From an uncultured Verrucomicrobiae bacterium (GTDB lineage Bacteria; Chlamydiota; Chlamydiia; Chlamydiales; Rhabdochlamydiaceae): a DNA stretch of 64,000 nt. The stretch's first letter is position 1. Each line of letters opens with the position of its first letter. A program made the translations under genes and the position numbers. Positions 1 through 9,727 of the stretch are shown one piece after another. Location of the stretch: NCBI GenBank assembly GCA_963839895.1, contig CAWIWQ010000001.1, positions 626,724-690,723 of the forward strand, in the 5' to 3' direction. The notes under the pieces are model-generated. The model was given only the letters and a program-made list of their open reading frames with translations. It was not told the origin of the DNA and made no database searches.

Positions 1-17
1 ACTCCCCCAAGGAACTT

Positions 18-794
18 ATGCGACATCTACTCACTCTCTTAATCCTACTGACATCCTGTTTAGAAAGTAAAATTCTCAATATAGAAACAGCCGATCTTTC
101 TCAGGTCTTCTCTTACCACGAAGAGAATACTCTGTTCGTCTTTGATTTAGATAATACCCTGATCGAACTTTCACAACACTTAGGGAGCGACCAATGGTTT
201 TATCACAGACTACAAACCCTCATTGAACAGGGGATGACTCGCGATGAGGCCTATGCATTGCTTCTCGATCAAGCGTTTGCCATTCAATCGCGCTCAGAGG
301 TAAAGCTCGTCGACCCCGTTTTTCCAACATTACTTCAAGCGATGCAAACTCAGAATGTCCCCATCATTGGTCTGACCAAACGCAGTCCCGACCTCTGCGA
401 GCGTACCCTCGTGCAAATCGCACCTCATAATCTCGACTTCCGCAAAACAGCTCCCAGTGAAGAGACTTTGATCTTCTCAGAACTCAACAATACCATCTAT
501 AAACACGGGATCATTTTTGTTGGCCATGAAATTGCTAAAGGTCCCGCTCTCGTTGCCTATCTCAAACAACTCACACCACTGCCTAAAAAAATCGTCGTCG
601 TCGATGATAAATTAAGCCACGTGGAAAGCGTTGCTCGCGCACTCGATCAGCTCAATATTGATTGTATTGCCATCCGCTTTAGCGGCACTGACGGAAAAGC
701 CTTCAACCCCAAAATCGCCGACTTGCAATGGAAGCATTTTCACCAGATCTTATCTGATGAACAAGCCCTTCATCTCTTACAACTGGAGAATTAA
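18..794 (+). CDS. DUF2608-family HAD-like protein with N-terminal signal peptide
   Basis: Hydrophobic N-terminus; FVFDLDNTL (HAD motif I), GLTKR, VVVDDK motifs; similar to 59603..60469. Confidence 0.75.
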   Translation: MRHLLTLLILLTSCLESKILNIETADLSQVFSYHEENTLFVFDLDNTLIELSQHLGSDQWFYHRLQTLIEQGMTRDEAYALLLDQAFAIQSRSEVKLVDPVFPTLLQAMQTQNVPIIGLTKRSPDLCERTLVQIAPHNLDFRKTAPSEETLIFSELNNTIYKHGIIFVGHEIAKGPALVAYLKQLTPLPKKIVVVDDKLSHVESVARALDQLNIDCIAIRFSGTDGKAFNPKIADLQWKHFHQILSDEQALHLLQLEN

Positions 795-1321
795 CGCTTA
801 TCGTTTTGAGCCATTTGATTTACTTTTTCCTGAAGGAATTTTATTAAGATACGTCTTGCACCTTCATCAGGTTCTTCATCCATTAACTTGTTTAATTCAT
901 GAAAGTATTCCTCAGGATTCTCATCAATTTCCTCCTCGGCATCTACTGTACTATGAACAGAAGGAGGGGTCAGAAATATAAGTTGATTCGGTACTTGTTT
1001 TGCATGCCATTTGACAATTGCCCTTGATCTCATCGCTTCCGTGATCACAGGAACTTTGAAGTTGTCGTTTAAACATGTAGAAACTCTCTCTCCTTCTAGT
1101 GTCTTGGTCGCTGTGTCAAATGTAGAAACATTGGAGAATAAACGATTGGGAACGGGTGTAGCAACCTGAGGGAGGGATTGATATTCTTGATTATTTATTA
1201 CAGATGAAATTTTGCAGGCAGGGGATAATCCAGTACTCATTTTTTGCTCCTTAGAGTTCAAATTGCCTAAAATACTAACGCAATTGCCGAAATTGAGACC
1301 AGACACTTTCATCTGGCCCAT
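791..1321 (-). CDS. Hypothetical protein
   Basis: 176-aa ORF, acidic C-terminal region, divergent from next gene across an AT-rich spacer. Confidence 0.55.
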   Translation of the reverse strand: MGQMKVSGLNFGNCVSILGNLNSKEQKMSTGLSPACKISSVINNQEYQSLPQVATPVPNRLFSNVSTFDTATKTLEGERVSTCLNDNFKVPVITEAMRSRAIVKWHAKQVPNQLIFLTPPSVHSTVDAEEEIDENPEEYFHELNKLMDEEPDEGARRILIKFLQEKVNQMAQNDKR

Positions 1322-1324
1322 TTA

Positions 1325-1344
1325 GTTAATTTAAAATTTTAATT
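1325..1344. promoter_or_regulatory. 20-bp motif GTTAATTTAAAATTTTAATT with palindromic core TTAAAATTTTAA
   Basis: Identical 20-mer at 3116-3135; both lie about 92 nt upstream of effector-like ATGs; same palindromic core at 45635-45646. Confidence 0.35.
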
Positions 1345-1435
1345 TGATTAATTTTATAATAGTTTTTGCAATAAACAACAGGAAAACGATATAATTATCT
1401 GTAATTAACTTTTAATTTTAAAATGAGGAATAATA

Positions 1436-3064
1436 ATGGCGGCAACACCAATAAATCCATATACAGGCCCTTTAATTACGAAAGCAGAATCACAACAATT
1501 AACAACACTGTTGACTAGCAATGCAACAGGTTCAGGACAGCTGTTAACTAAAGGTGTGAGAATATTTCCCTGCGAGCATAGTGCACAGAAGAATGAAGTG
1601 GTTGAAGGACGCTCATGTCCTAATTCAACTTGCAAATACAAAGTAGAGAGAATTTTTGCGGATAAAACATTACAACAATTAAGTGAAAAACTCCCCAAAT
1701 TTCTAAGTACAATCCAGAATGTCGAAATTGTCCCATCAGCTTCTACTCCTTGCCTTTCTGCTAAAGAAGTTAAGGATATCACAAAAGTGGTCGAAGATTT
1801 CTACGAAGAAATCATCTGCCCCATTTCGATGACTGAAGAAATGACTCAAGCAATTACGCTACTTCCATGCGCACATCATTTACAATCATCATCATTTCAA
1901 CAAATGGTGAACACAGCGACTATTGTTAAATGTCCCTCATGTCGGGCAAATATCGATGCAAATTTTAGAGACAAACTCATTAGTCAGCTATCAACCATAA
2001 TGCAGACGATTAACGATCGAATAGTAAGCGCAGGTACTCATTTAAAACTAAAAAACACAGGTTCTTCCGCCCCTACAGCATCCCCAGCTCCAGTTCCGCC
2101 CAGAGTAAGGAACGATAATAGTATTTCAAACAATAATCAAGATGAAAGGAACTCGGCATTTACCGCTTTAATTGCTCTAGAAATATCTGATTTTATTTCA
2201 AAAACTAAAGGTTTGATTGCTACCAACCCCAATTGGTCTAAATCAAATGATTGGCAAGAAATTCTTCAGCAAATTTACGTAACTTTTAAGAGCCAAATTG
2301 CTGAATTTGATATCGATGAAAATCACCCGCAATTTAAAACATTTTTGGACAATACGACGAATCTTCTGATCGCCGAATGTCTTTCACTTGAGAATGATAG
2401 CGTTGTGAATGTTATCAGCGATGAATTTAACCGCATGGCATTTTATGATATCATAAATACTTTTGCTAATCGACCACTTGAACAGATTACAATCGAGGAT
2501 TTTAAAACTACCGTTGCCACACTCCAAACGACTTTCAAACATCGTACAATTGAAGACATCGAAATGAGACTCCGCCAAGCAATTACAAAAATGTACAAGT
2601 ATAATGATTTTATCAATGAAATTAAACAACTTGAAAACCCAACATCCAACACAGTCAATAGCATCAAATCGCAGATCAGAGAAAAACTCAGAGCGCGAAA
2701 AGATCGCCTTGAGAAAGAGCTTTCTAGATTACGCGGCCCAGACGGTTTTTCTGGAACGATCAATGCGGCTCACCAAGAGATGAATAATGCTTCAGATCGG
2801 CAAACCAAACAGGCCGCAGAAATCAAATTCAATAGATTGCTTGCAAGACTTGAAGAAATTGCGAAATATCAACCGGGTACAACGAATATAGTCCATGGAC
2901 AGCTAGCGCAGGCTTATGCTGACCTTGATGAGACAGCGCTTAACCAAGCCGCTCAAGCAGAAGCCCGAAAGCGAGTCAGTTTCTATCGATTGTTAACTGT
3001 CGTCATATTGGATGGGAAGGAAAGAGAAGCCCATGCCACATTACGTCAGCTCATCGGCAACTAA
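1436..3064 (+). CDS. RING/U-box-like domain protein, candidate E3 ligase effector
   Basis: CPISM..LLPCAHH..CPSCR motif plus an upstream degenerate copy (FPCEHS..CPNSTCK); helical/coiled-coil C-terminus. Confidence 0.65.
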   Translation: MAATPINPYTGPLITKAESQQLTTLLTSNATGSGQLLTKGVRIFPCEHSAQKNEVVEGRSCPNSTCKYKVERIFADKTLQQLSEKLPKFLSTIQNVEIVPSASTPCLSAKEVKDITKVVEDFYEEIICPISMTEEMTQAITLLPCAHHLQSSSFQQMVNTATIVKCPSCRANIDANFRDKLISQLSTIMQTINDRIVSAGTHLKLKNTGSSAPTASPAPVPPRVRNDNSISNNNQDERNSAFTALIALEISDFISKTKGLIATNPNWSKSNDWQEILQQIYVTFKSQIAEFDIDENHPQFKTFLDNTTNLLIAECLSLENDSVVNVISDEFNRMAFYDIINTFANRPLEQITIEDFKTTVATLQTTFKHRTIEDIEMRLRQAITKMYKYNDFINEIKQLENPTSNTVNSIKSQIREKLRARKDRLEKELSRLRGPDGFSGTINAAHQEMNNASDRQTKQAAEIKFNRLLARLEEIAKYQPGTTNIVHGQLAQAYADLDETALNQAAQAEARKRVSFYRLLTVVILDGKEREAHATLRQLIGN

Positions 3065-3227
3065 TTTCTACTCCTCCATTCTTTTCTAGGGTGGGGGATT
3101 TTTTATTTCCACATTGTTAATTTAAAATTTTAATTATAAATAAGTTATATTAAATATTAAATTGATTTAAACGTTAAATAAACATATAATAGTCTGTATA
3201 TTAATTTAAAAAACATAAGGTAAGGCA

Positions 3228-4604
3228 ATGGCTACAATTAATGATGTTATGTGTTACGGAGTTGGTGAGCAGATTTTTTCTTATTTGGAGGGAAAAGATC
3301 TCGTCAATGCAAGTCTGGTAAATAAGCAATTTAACAAAATTGCTTCAAATGAACCATTCTTTCAAGAATTATTTAAAAAAATGCATCCTGTTATTGCACA
3401 TATTATTATCCACAAAAACCAAGAAGGGTTTTTTAGAGAGATTAAAACTTATCATCCTAATAATTTTTGGAGATTAGCATGTAGTGTTCTATCTTCGCCA
3501 AGTCACCTTCTTAAACCCCAATGTATCAAAAAAGGTTTTGTGGAATGCGCAGGAGCAAAGGCCAAATCTAAACTTTCAGGGACTACTTCTTTTTTAGAAA
3601 AAGAGCTAAAAAAATTTAATGGAGAGTATTACCAAGATCCTGCCTCGCATATCCATCAGGCCTATCTCGACAATGAACAAAACCGAAATGATTTAATTAC
3701 ATATGGGTATGAGTTAGATCGAATTACACGAGAACTACAATATTGTTATGCAGATCTCAATCCACTTATTCAATCCTTCGCTCAAGAGGGTAAACACAAA
3801 TTGTTAAAAGCTAATCCTTGGCTATTAGATCATATTGTTACGCATAGCCAAGCGCTTAATGAATTCTTTTCACAAGATGAAGTGCCAAATCTTGACGAAT
3901 GTCTTGTAAGATTTCTGGAGGTAGCTCAGATTCTTTATAATGAGCAATTGAGCAACGGAAAATCACCTATGGAAGCAGTTTTTGAAGTAGATAAACTTAT
4001 GGGAATTAATCCAGTGTGGCGATCAAAATGTACAAAACTTGAGCAAGATCTTTCGAACTGCCAAAAAAACCATAAGAATTCAAGAAAACTACAAATCTTA
4101 TCTGAATGGCACCAACGTAAATTGTTTGAAGTTCGTAAGAATATCGAATGTATTTCGAGTAATATTAAAATAATTGAGGAAAAATATGAATTATTTTTCT
4201 GCTATATGTTTAAAATGGCGCAAGCCTTCGAAACTGTGTTTCCCCAAGCGATAAAATATCAGATTATAAAAGGCGCTGTTGCAATCCTTATAGACGATCC
4301 TTCTCACCCAAATGCCAAAGACGCACTGCGTGACATTCGAGAAACAATCGATTCGTTGAAACAAGATCCAAAAACGGGATTATGGAAAAGATTGTATGAT
4401 CAGTGCGCGAATGGCGCAATTGAAGATCATTGGTCGGAAAATCATTTCCCCGAATATCTTACCGAATTGGATGAGATTATCAATGAATATCACGAATATA
4501 GTCTTACAAAAGAATATAAAGATATAGTTTTCTTCATTGCCCTTTGTAAAGATTTTGGTGTGAAATTAGAGAAAATTATGAGCTTTGGCCAAAAGCATCT
4601 CTAA
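3228..4604 (+). CDS. F-box domain protein (candidate effector)
   Basis: N-terminal EQIFSYLEGKDLVNASLVNKQFNKIA matches the F-box consensus. Confidence 0.75.
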   Translation: MATINDVMCYGVGEQIFSYLEGKDLVNASLVNKQFNKIASNEPFFQELFKKMHPVIAHIIIHKNQEGFFREIKTYHPNNFWRLACSVLSSPSHLLKPQCIKKGFVECAGAKAKSKLSGTTSFLEKELKKFNGEYYQDPASHIHQAYLDNEQNRNDLITYGYELDRITRELQYCYADLNPLIQSFAQEGKHKLLKANPWLLDHIVTHSQALNEFFSQDEVPNLDECLVRFLEVAQILYNEQLSNGKSPMEAVFEVDKLMGINPVWRSKCTKLEQDLSNCQKNHKNSRKLQILSEWHQRKLFEVRKNIECISSNIKIIEEKYELFFCYMFKMAQAFETVFPQAIKYQIIKGAVAILIDDPSHPNAKDALRDIRETIDSLKQDPKTGLWKRLYDQCANGAIEDHWSENHFPEYLTELDEIINEYHEYSLTKEYKDIVFFIALCKDFGVKLEKIMSFGQKHL

Positions 4605-4606
4605 TA

Positions 4607-5896
4607 TCATCCTTGGACATCTTTGGTGAGGACATGTTCCTCACCTTCGGTGCGGGCTACTAAGACTGCACAGCAGCTGTCGCTAAATACGTTGACGGTG
4701 GTTCGGCACATGTCGAGAACCCGGTCTACGGCGATGAATAGGCCGATCCCTTCGATGGGCAGGCCGATGGCTTTGAGGATCACGATGATGGCAACCAGCG
4801 AGGCGGAAGGGACGCCGGCGACGCCGATCGAGGTGATTAGCGCAAGCAGCACGACCATGAACTGGGTGGTTAGGGAGAGGTCGATACCATAGGCCTGAGC
4901 GACGAACATAGCCGCCACGCATTCATAAAGAGCAGATCCTGACATATTGATCGAAGTGCCCAGCGGAATCACCAAGCTGCAAATGCGATTAGACACACCT
5001 GCACGTTTTTCCACGCAATCGATAGTGATGGGCAAGGTCGCCGAAGAAGAACTCGTCGAAAAGGCGGTGATCAGGGCCGGACCCATCGCGCGGAAATGGC
5101 GAGAGGGGCGAACACGTGCAATGAATTTTAGTAACAGGGGCAGGGCGACGAACATAAAGAACGCCAGGCCGAGTAACACTGCGAGGGTAAACACACCCAG
5201 TGAGCGAATCGATTGAAAGCCCGCTTCAGCGAATACCCGGGCCACCAGAAAAAAGACTCCAATCGGCAAAAATTTCATGATGATGTGGGTGAATTTAAGC
5301 ATCGCTTGAAACACCCCTTGCCAAAAGCCCATCAAAATCGTAGAAGCATGCGATTCAATTTTTGAGATGCAATACCCGAAAATCAGACTAAAGAAAATCA
5401 AGCCGAGCATTTGGCCGTGGGCAAACGTATCGACGATATTGGAAGGGATGATCTGCAATAGGACTTCACTGAATTTATGCGACTCTTGGGACGTGATGTG
5501 TTGTTCGATACCCGCAGTATTGACTTGAGATATCGCTTCGGGGTGGATCAAAGTGCCGGGTTTTAAAATATTCACGAAAAACAATCCGATCACAACTGCA
5601 AGCAAGCTCGTACCGATATAAAATCCAAAGGTTTTAACCCCTAAACGTCCAAACGCGCTTTCATTACCGATCCGCGCAATTCCTGTGATAATCGAGGAAG
5701 AAACTAAGGGGACGACCACCAGAGTTAGGGCATTAATAAAAATTTTTCCACCCATGTTATAAATCGGATAGAGAGTGTCAAATAAATTCCAGCCAAAAAG
5801 CGTTGATCCTTTCTGAGTAAACGTGCCGATCAGAATGCCGAGAATGATGGCGATGAAAACTTTCCAGGGACTTTGCTTTTTCTTGTGCGTCGTCAT
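4607..5896 (-). CDS. Dicarboxylate/amino acid:cation symporter (DAACS, GltP/GltT family)
   Basis: AFSTSSSSATLP, PLGTSINMSG, DRVLDMCRTTVNV signatures; multiple TM segments. Confidence 0.93.
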   Translation of the reverse strand: MTTHKKKQSPWKVFIAIILGILIGTFTQKGSTLFGWNLFDTLYPIYNMGGKIFINALTLVVVPLVSSSIITGIARIGNESAFGRLGVKTFGFYIGTSLLAVVIGLFFVNILKPGTLIHPEAISQVNTAGIEQHITSQESHKFSEVLLQIIPSNIVDTFAHGQMLGLIFFSLIFGYCISKIESHASTILMGFWQGVFQAMLKFTHIIMKFLPIGVFFLVARVFAEAGFQSIRSLGVFTLAVLLGLAFFMFVALPLLLKFIARVRPSRHFRAMGPALITAFSTSSSSATLPITIDCVEKRAGVSNRICSLVIPLGTSINMSGSALYECVAAMFVAQAYGIDLSLTTQFMVVLLALITSIGVAGVPSASLVAIIVILKAIGLPIEGIGLFIAVDRVLDMCRTTVNVFSDSCCAVLVARTEGEEHVLTKDVQG

Positions 5897-5972
5897 GAAT
5901 CACTCCAAAAGGTAAAGGGTCAATGGTCAAGTATAGCTTTTTTTTTCGTTTTTAGGCTATCATGTATCTACT

Positions 5973-6740
5973 ATGCCCGAACTTCCCGAAGTCGAATCTG
6001 TTGTCTGTGCTCTGAGAGAGTCCTCTTTGATCGGAAGAACGTTGTCTGTTATCGAAACAATCTGTCCAAAAATTCCTGATCTATCCTGTTTGATCGGACA
6101 AAAAATTCAAGCCATCTCCCGTCGAGGGAAATACATCCACTTTCAGCTTTCCACTGTCCATTTGATCGTGCATCTGAGAATGACAGGACAATTTTTACTG
6201 AAGCGGGAAAGTAAGCATCTGCGCGTGATCTTTTATTTTGAAGATCTAGTGTTGGCGTTTCACGATACGCGCCGCTTTGCCACTTTTGATCTCAGCCATG
6301 ATCCTAAACAATTTTTTAGCAGGCTAGGACCCGAACCTTTTGATACTTTTTTCGATTTTTCAAAGTGGAGTAAAGTGATCAAAGCCGTCCTGTTAGATCA
6401 GAGTATCATCGCTGGCATCGGCAATATTTATGCGGATGAAGCACTGTGGGAAGCTGGCATCCATCCGGAGCGACCTGCCTGCGAAATAAATCAGCAAGAG
6501 AATCATCAATTACTCGAAGCTGTGCGCAAGGTTCTTTCACAAGGGATTAAGCAAGGGGGAACGAGCTTAGGAACAGCTGCTCCCAATTTTCACCATCTCA
6601 ATGGTCACAGCGGCAGCAATCAAAACACGCTTCAAGTTTATGGAAGAGAAGGGGAGTCTTGTCTGCGCTGCGGCCATAGCATCGAAAAAATTACTCTGCA
6701 GCAGCGGGGTACTCATTTTTGTCCCGATTGCCAGAAATAA
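5973..6740 (+). CDS. mutM: Formamidopyrimidine-DNA glycosylase
   Basis: MPELPEVE N-terminus, HLRMTG, GIGNIYADE, C-terminal zinc finger CLRC..FCPDCQ. Confidence 0.96.
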   Translation: MPELPEVESVVCALRESSLIGRTLSVIETICPKIPDLSCLIGQKIQAISRRGKYIHFQLSTVHLIVHLRMTGQFLLKRESKHLRVIFYFEDLVLAFHDTRRFATFDLSHDPKQFFSRLGPEPFDTFFDFSKWSKVIKAVLLDQSIIAGIGNIYADEALWEAGIHPERPACEINQQENHQLLEAVRKVLSQGIKQGGTSLGTAAPNFHHLNGHSGSNQNTLQVYGREGESCLRCGHSIEKITLQQRGTHFCPDCQK

Positions 6741-7704
6741 CTTTAGTTAGCTGCTCTTGAAATCCTGTCAAACCCAAGCCTCCACCTGAATGGAGAAATA
6801 AGATATTACCGCTCAGCTTCTCCTCTGCTAGGATTTTTCGTCCTTGATCAAACAGTTTAGCAGTAAATACCGGATCGGTTAAAAATCCTTCCGTTTGAGC
6901 AAGCTCAGCGATGGTATTAAAGATTGCCGCATTAACTGAACCAAACGCCGTCGGGGAAGGGTAGAGTTTAAACAATGTAGGGGAGGAGATCGATTCTCCA
7001 AGGAGAGTCTCGAAATCCCGTTTTCTTAGAGAGAGCGTGCGTGCAAATTCTTCGGACGTTCCCGCGATTTGCACGATGTGTAAAAACAGCGGTTTTTGCA
7101 GATAACTTAAAGCGAGCAGTAAGGCGCACGCCGTAAGACCTGTTCCTGAATCGACAAACAGGTGATCAAAAGTAATCCCATTCTCTTGTTCATTGCGCAA
7201 GATATCAAGCGCGAGAGTCATCGCTCCAGGAAGTGACGCTGCACAATTGCCGCCTTTAGGGACAACAATCGCGTTTTTTCTCGTTTTGGCAAAATCCGCT
7301 GCAATCTGATCGATCGCCTCCCATTTTCCCCTAGAAATCCAGTGGATATTTTTGCTGATCAGTGCTGAATACAAAAGATTGCCTTGCCATTTACATGCTT
7401 CATCGCCCAGAAGAAATAAAATCGGCTCGACTCCATTTTCTTTCAATAACTGACTAAATGAGAGCACATGATTGGAATAGGCGCTGCCAATCAAGATCGC
7501 TTCCTCTGGCTGCTGCTCTAAAAGAGCAGGTAACAGCGAGAGATATTTACGCACTTTTGTTCCGCTGACTCCAAAGCCGAGTTCATCTTCCCGTTTGACA
7601 AAACAGTCTTTAGAAAACGAGCGCAAACGATGAATACGGGAGTGATGGGGAAAAGGCGCCAGTTTTGTGCGCTCAAGCACTTGTGTTAATTTTGCTAAGC
7701 TCAT
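6691..7704 (-). CDS. PLP-dependent D-cysteine desulfhydrase / ACC deaminase family protein
   Basis: FVKREDELGFGVSGTKVRK (PLP lysine), SNH, DSGTG, DPVFTAK, LHSGG motifs. Confidence 0.85.
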   Translation of the reverse strand: MSLAKLTQVLERTKLAPFPHHSRIHRLRSFSKDCFVKREDELGFGVSGTKVRKYLSLLPALLEQQPEEAILIGSAYSNHVLSFSQLLKENGVEPILFLLGDEACKWQGNLLYSALISKNIHWISRGKWEAIDQIAADFAKTRKNAIVVPKGGNCAASLPGAMTLALDILRNEQENGITFDHLFVDSGTGLTACALLLALSYLQKPLFLHIVQIAGTSEEFARTLSLRKRDFETLLGESISSPTLFKLYPSPTAFGSVNAAIFNTIAELAQTEGFLTDPVFTAKLFDQGRKILAEEKLSGNILFLHSGGGLGLTGFQEQLTKVISGNRDKNEYPAAAE

Positions 7705-7714
7705 CAGTTACGAT

Positions 7715-8581
7715 TTACACGGCCAAAGTGTATTTGTCGATCGAAATTTCCTGATAATTGTTCTGATCATCTAGCCACTTGCGCATCAACTTTTCAAAAA
7801 TTGCTGGAGAATCGACCTTAAACGATCCTTGAGTAGGATCAAAAAGATAGTGATGGGTAGCTGTTTTTCGGTAGACCATTTGATGATCGCTGGTAAAAAT
7901 GCTATATAGACCTGGTTCTAAACTTTGGATTTCTTGAATGATCTGCTGATTGCTCTTATTTTGTGGATCAATTTTTTTGTAATCCTCTTGAGCTTGTAAA
8001 TGCAATAGATCATAAACACGACAATGTCCGGTGAGCGCATGTAGTAGGGCTGCTTGTTTCGGAGCCCCTTTTTCGAATTGAGCTCCCACAGATCGAAAAT
8101 GCTGATCTTCATCGGTAAAGAGCGGCGCCGTTTTCAACAGCAGAAAAATAAACCAAAAACTCATCCCTCGACAAAGCCCGTCACGATGAAAAAACTGTAA
8201 CTTGACCGTCTCCCCAGTATTTAATTTGTAGCGACAGGGACGCTGAAGATACACATCGGAAGTGTCTGTACGATTGGCATTAACCGAAGGGGAGAGCATC
8301 ACATCTTTAAACACACGCTGAGTTTTGATCTCAGTGGATTTATGCAGTTCGTGGCGCGAGATCACCCATAATCGCTTAGAAAGATTGCTTAAACACACCG
8401 CTGCGAGTACATAACTGGTAAGCCCCAAAATCAGATAGTAGAGTTGATGTTTGACCTCCCTTAATCCACATATATCCCAACGGTCAGCCAGTCGAGATGG
8501 GGGATTATGACCCGCACGTTCTATAGCAGCGGCTTCGATATCTCCAGCAAAAAAAGTAGGGGAATCAATAATAGCAGTCAT
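7715..8581 (-). CDS. YopT/C58-like cysteine protease, candidate effector
   Basis: GLCRGMSFWF (Cys), DHQMVY (His), YLFDPTQG (Asp) in YopT/AvrPphB order. Confidence 0.65.
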   Translation of the reverse strand: MTAIIDSPTFFAGDIEAAAIERAGHNPPSRLADRWDICGLREVKHQLYYLILGLTSYVLAAVCLSNLSKRLWVISRHELHKSTEIKTQRVFKDVMLSPSVNANRTDTSDVYLQRPCRYKLNTGETVKLQFFHRDGLCRGMSFWFIFLLLKTAPLFTDEDQHFRSVGAQFEKGAPKQAALLHALTGHCRVYDLLHLQAQEDYKKIDPQNKSNQQIIQEIQSLEPGLYSIFTSDHQMVYRKTATHHYLFDPTQGSFKVDSPAIFEKLMRKWLDDQNNYQEISIDKYTLAV

Positions 8582-8633
8582 TTTTTAAATAAAATTTGAA
8601 AAAATAATAACAAAAAGTGGATTAATTAGAAAT

Positions 8634-8903
8634 ATGGAAGCCAGAGATCTGCAAGGTTATGTTTGGATTCAAGATTTACGTTATGAAGATTACTATTATT
8701 TAAAGGATTTCGAACATTTAGTTGTCATGAAAGTCGTCGATTTTAGTGAATCTCTCCCCAAAGAACATTGGGAGGCGATCATCTATGAAGACGAGCGCTG
8801 TCAGAAAGTGATTGGACGGCAAGCCTTTGCTACCCAAAGAGAAGCTCAAGCTTTTTTAGAACAATATATGGAAATTACACTTAAAAATAGAAAGTCTAAA
8901 TAA
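8634..8903 (+). CDS. Small hypothetical protein
   Basis: 89-aa ATG-initiated ORF, divergent from previous gene. Confidence 0.55.
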   Translation: MEARDLQGYVWIQDLRYEDYYYLKDFEHLVVMKVVDFSESLPKEHWEAIIYEDERCQKVIGRQAFATQREAQAFLEQYMEITLKNRKSK

Positions 8904-8954
8904 ATTGTTCTGTTTTAATTAACGTAAATTAACTGTATACTAACTCCACATTAA

Positions 8955-9605
8955 TTGGAGTTAGTTGTGAAAAATCTCTTTAAAAGATTATTCCCAGGCA
9001 CAGTCAGCGTATTAGCACTCGTACTTATTTTAGCTTCCGGTTGGCAACAGTATCAGTCTCATCCCTTAAAACCGGTGATGATGCCGCAACTCAAAACCTT
9101 CGCCTTAAATGATAATAGGGTTCTCGTCATGGCTAAAGCGATGTCACCAGCCGAGAGTAAACGCAATTTCGGGCATGATTTAATCAGCAGAAATGTCATC
9201 CCCCTGCACCTTACCATCGAAAACAACACCTCCAATGAATATAACCTCTGCCCCAGCTCAGTGGATCTGCCCCGTATAGAACCCAGTAAAATCGCCTCTA
9301 AAATCACCCGCTCTTCTCTTGCCCGAGGCATCGCTTACCGCATCGCCAGCTTCTTTTTCTGGCCTCTCATGATCCCAAGCACCATCGATGGCATTCGGGT
9401 CATGATCCATCATAAAAAGCTCAAAAAAGACCTCATCGCTAAGTCTATGCGAAAAGAGGTGGTAGCCCCCTATTCTACCTTTAACCGCGTCCTATTCGTC
9501 CCTAAAGACGAATTTCAACGGACCTTCAAAGTCACCCTCATAGAACTCGAAGACCTCAAAGCCACTGAGTTTGAGACCACTGCCGAAGAGGGCAATCCTA
9601 AATAA
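8955..9605 (+). CDS. Hypothetical membrane/exported protein
   Basis: 216-aa ORF with N-terminal TM/signal; its 3' half is duplicated at 11070-11400. Confidence 0.7.
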   Translation: MELVVKNLFKRLFPGTVSVLALVLILASGWQQYQSHPLKPVMMPQLKTFALNDNRVLVMAKAMSPAESKRNFGHDLISRNVIPLHLTIENNTSNEYNLCPSSVDLPRIEPSKIASKITRSSLARGIAYRIASFFFWPLMIPSTIDGIRVMIHHKKLKKDLIAKSMRKEVVAPYSTFNRVLFVPKDEFQRTFKVTLIELEDLKATEFETTAEEGNPK

Positions 9606-9727
9606 TTGAAAATTAATAACCTCCGTTAATAAATCGTCCAAAAGTCCTCAGTATCAATAACTTATTTAATTAACTTAATAAATATTATTATAATGAGAAA
9701 TGTGTTATAATTAAAAATAAAAAAGCT

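Noticed and set aside
4623-5216. Several overlapping alternative ORFs (79-89 aa) inside the DAACS gene
   Set aside because: Shadow ORFs caused by locally high GC; the DAACS frame explains the sequence
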